From contig JAAZXI010000002.1 in the NCBI GenBank assembly GCA_014240285.1, positions 3,184 to 67,183 on the forward strand: a DNA stretch of 64,000 bases, read 5' to 3'. The notes under the pieces were generated by a model that saw only the letters and a list, made by a program, of their open reading frames with translations, was not told where the DNA came from and made no database searches. Position numbers and translations under genes: made by a program. Shown piece by piece: positions 61,857 through 64,000 of this stretch. The number at the start of each line of letters is the position of its first letter. Within the stretch, counting starts at the first letter, position 1. This DNA is from Methanobacteriota archaeon (GTDB lineage: Archaea > Thermoplasmatota > Poseidoniia > Poseidoniales > Thalassarchaeaceae).

Positions 61857-64000
61857 TCAGTCGCGTCGGGTTGAGATAGCGGCTCCCAGAAGCACGACCA
61901 CTGCCATCAGCGCGCCGAAGCCCGGTAGCACCTCAGCAGTTGCGAACGATTCGGAAGTGTACTGGTCGGCCCAAGTGTCGTACAGCTCAACCTGGACGTC
62001 TGGCATGAGATTGTCAATGACCAAAGTGTCCATGTCTGAAATCAGGCCATCACCGTCGTAGTCTAGATACTCGTAGGTGAATTCGTACTCGGCGAGCGCG
62101 GGATCGACTGTAGCTGAGCCCTCGGTAAGTCCGTTCGAGGCGGCAAGCGTGCAATCCGAGATAGGGGGCTCGTTGCCCTCCTCGTCAGGCTCACCGCAAT
62201 CGACAAGGAACCTGACCTCGAAGTCCGAGATAGGAGCGTTCAGAGTCTGGTCCATGACCCACATGGTGACTTGGAAGGGCTCGTCGTCGCCATCGTCACC
62301 ATCGTCCTCATCGTCCTCATCGGACATGATTTCATCCCACATTTCAGCGAACTCGTAGATGTCGAGGCCGTTGCTGTCATCGTGGTCGTACATGTCCATC
62401 ATGTAAATGAGATTGTTGAAGTCATCTCCTTCGATAATGTCACCAGTAGAGTTGGCAAAGTCGGCCCACTCAGAGGGAGTGATCTGCCCGTCACCGTCAG
62501 TGTTCATCCATTCGAAGACTTCGTCGGCAGACGGATCTTCACCGTCATCGTCTGACCCTGACCACTCATCTCCTCCAGAGGTCCACTCGTAGTCCTCGCT
62601 CTGTCCGAAGTCGTCAGTGCAGTGCCAGCCGTCATCCTCGTGGTCCTCGCAGTAATACCACCAAGTCTCCCAGTCTTCATCATCTTCAGAATACTTGCAA
62701 TACCAAGCGTTCTCTTCTCCATCTGCGTCTCCTTCCCACTCGCAGTGGCCGCCCTCGTAAGATTGCCAGTAGACGTCGTTTCCATCGTCGCCACCATCGT
62801 CATCGCCGGTGGATTCCAACAATTGCGTTAATTCGTCGAGGCTGAGCAGATCGTCCCCATCGGTATCGCCGTAGTTGAACCAGTTAGCCGTTCCCTCCTC
62901 GTCCTCGCTGGACATAGGTTCACCCCCGTCCTGCTCCGCTTCGTTGTTGAGGTAATCGATGAGTTCCTGCAGGCTCAGATAGCCGTCGTCGTCCGTGTCC
63001 ATGGAGTCCATCATCTGCTCTGGATCCTCATCAGAGCCGCCCAACATGGATACGATGCCATCGATGAAGCACTGCATCTCGTCGATGTCGATCAGGTCGT
63101 TGTCGTCATAGTCGCAATCATCGAACAGAGCTGCGACCTCTTCCGAATCGAGTTCGGGGTTTTCTGGATCGGATTCCCAGGCGTCCTGGAACTCTTGGTA
63201 GCCCATGTAGCCGTCACCATCGGTGTCTACGTCCTCCATGGCCTCTTCGGGAGTCGGGGGGCCATCGTCGCCATCATCGCCGCCATCGTCTTGGTAGTAC
63301 CAATGCTCATCAGAGCCGTCTGGGCAGTCGTCTTCCCAGTTATTGACCCATGAGAACGGGATTACAGTCCCATCCATGCATTCGAACTCTGAGGTCTCTT
63401 CTCCTGGCTCATCTGAGCCATCCTCGCAATCCTCCCAGCCGTCATCGTATGCTTCTTCTTCAACAGATTCTCCGTCGTCGCAAATAAATGAGGGTATGGT
63501 TTCGATGAGGATGCCACTTCCGGTAGTAGAGTCGTACTGATAGAACCCAAGGTCATCTTCATCAGACCAAGCTATAGCAACGCCGTCGGCTGCGTCGTAC
63601 TCCCTTCCCATCCAGCAAATGTCTTCATCAGCATCATAGGAGCCACCATACATATCGCAGTACTGCCCAGATTCATCTCCTGAATTCTCTGCCCAATTGT
63701 TCTGGGCGAAGAGAACGTGGGTGTCGTTGATTATGAGATTATTCGTAAACGAACAAACATCGTTATCGGAATCATATGTCCCTCCATCGTCTTCACAGTA
63801 TTCCCCAGACGAGTCACCAGTCTCAATTGACCAGTCCTCCTCAGTGTCCCAAATTGTGAATGTAGAAGGCATTGTGAACGGAGAGTCATCGATTTCGTAG
63901 TTGGTGTAGTACTCATTTGGTTCAGCATCACATATTGGTGCGCCTGTAACCATACTACTCATATTGAGATTGGTTTCATCCCACAATTCAGAAGGATGTT
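61857..64000 (-). CDS. hyperacidic Ca-binding-type surface protein with PGF-CTERM (5' end beyond the window)
   Basis: The frame stays open upstream of the TTG at 63986, and there is no signal peptide, so the gene is N-terminally truncated by the window edge. It has six EF-hand-like loops, two LDLa-like DCxDGSDE modules, and a poly-D/E tract. The C-terminus is LPGFGALMAVVVLLGAAISTRRD. Confidence 0.75.
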   Translation of the reverse strand, partial: HPSELWDETNLNMSSMVTGAPICDAEPNEYYTNYEIDDSPFTMPSTFTIWDTEEDWSIETGDSSGEYCEDDGGTYDSDNDVCSFTNNLIINDTHVLFAQNNWAENSGDESGQYCDMYGGSYDADEDICWMGREYDAADGVAIAWSDEDDLGFYQYDSTTGSGILIETIPSFICDDGESVEEEAYDDGWEDCEDGSDEPGEETSEFECMDGTVIPFSWVNNWEDDCPDGSDEHWYYQDDGGDDGDDGPPTPEEAMEDVDTDGDGYMGYQEFQDAWESDPENPELDSEEVAALFDDCDYDDNDLIDIDEMQCFIDGIVSMLGGSDEDPEQMMDSMDTDDDGYLSLQELIDYLNNEAEQDGGEPMSSEDEEGTANWFNYGDTDGDDLLSLDELTQLLESTGDDDGGDDGNDVYWQSYEGGHCEWEGDADGEENAWYCKYSEDDEDWETWWYYCEDHEDDGWHCTDDFGQSEDYEWTSGGDEWSGSDDDGEDPSADEVFEWMNTDGDGQITPSEWADFANSTGDIIEGDDFNNLIYMMDMYDHDDSNGLDIYEFAEMWDEIMSDEDDEDDGDDGDDEPFQVTMWVMDQTLNAPISDFEVRFLVDCGEPDEEGNEPPISDCTLAASNGLTEGSATVDPALAEYEFTYEYLDYDGDGLISDMDTLVIDNLMPDVQVELYDTWADQYTSESFATAEVLPGFGALMAVVVLLGAAISTRRD

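Noticed and set aside
1-64000. Scan for rRNA, tRNA, CRISPR arrays, transposases/integrases, toxin-antitoxin or known defence genes
   Set aside because: Every spacer longer than 100 bp (28821-28945, 31451-31605, 39365-39469, 46688-46867) was read and shows no cloverleaf-like GC-rich segment or regularly spaced direct repeats. No ORF has recombinase, nuclease-defence or Cas-like motifs that I can recognise. tRNAscan or Infernal would be needed for certainty.

Overview
The window reads as a gene-dense archaeal chromosomal segment. About 57 protein genes cover more than 90% of it. I found no rRNA, tRNA, CRISPR array, transposase or integrase.

Archaeal hallmarks seen directly in the translations:
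- a TATA-binding protein
- mevalonate kinase
- CTP-type FAD synthetase RibL with archaeal RibB and RibH
- the archaeal alternative shikimate entry (ADH synthase plus 3-dehydroquinate synthase II plus GHMP-type shikimate kinase)
- a SepF-like protein
- PGF-CTERM sorting tails
- TTATAAG TATA boxes about 27 nt upstream of start codons

Gene content (many acidic PKD/CARDB surface proteins, secreted subtilases, H+-pyrophosphatase, acyl-CoA dehydrogenase) suggests a marine heterotrophic Thermoplasmatota or Marine-Group-II-like euryarchaeon. That placement is inference only.

Housekeeping blocks:
- cysS
- ppsA-trxB
- a ribB-ribL-ribE-ribH operon
- an aroA'-aroB'-aroK-aroC operon
- hppA
- polX-nth-bcp
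- a xanthine-dehydrogenase-family molybdoenzyme locus (S, L and M subunits) with MocA, XdhC and an HTH_10 regulator
- a DUF4350-like/MoxR/DUF58/membrane module
- a MacB-type ABC transporter

Most unusual items:
1. One 1310-aa ORF fuses a secreted S8 subtilase to an AmpG/PAT-type MFS permease. It overlaps a GHMP sugar kinase upstream and a glutaredoxin downstream.
2. A fused 2-oxoacid dehydrogenase E1 alpha-beta carries a roughly 235-aa N-terminal extension with a zinc ribbon. It sits behind a 155-bp AT-rich spacer containing three TTGTGGT repeats.
3. The TBP has a roughly 55-aa acidic insertion in its second repeat, and three TATAAG boxes lie upstream of the gene.
4. A hyperacidic PGF-CTERM surface protein combines cysteine-depleted LDL-receptor-class-A-like modules with an EF-hand array. 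It lies upstream of a 698-aa membrane protein and the MacB-like ABC transporter.

All functional calls come from motif recognition in the translations by eye. No database search was run.
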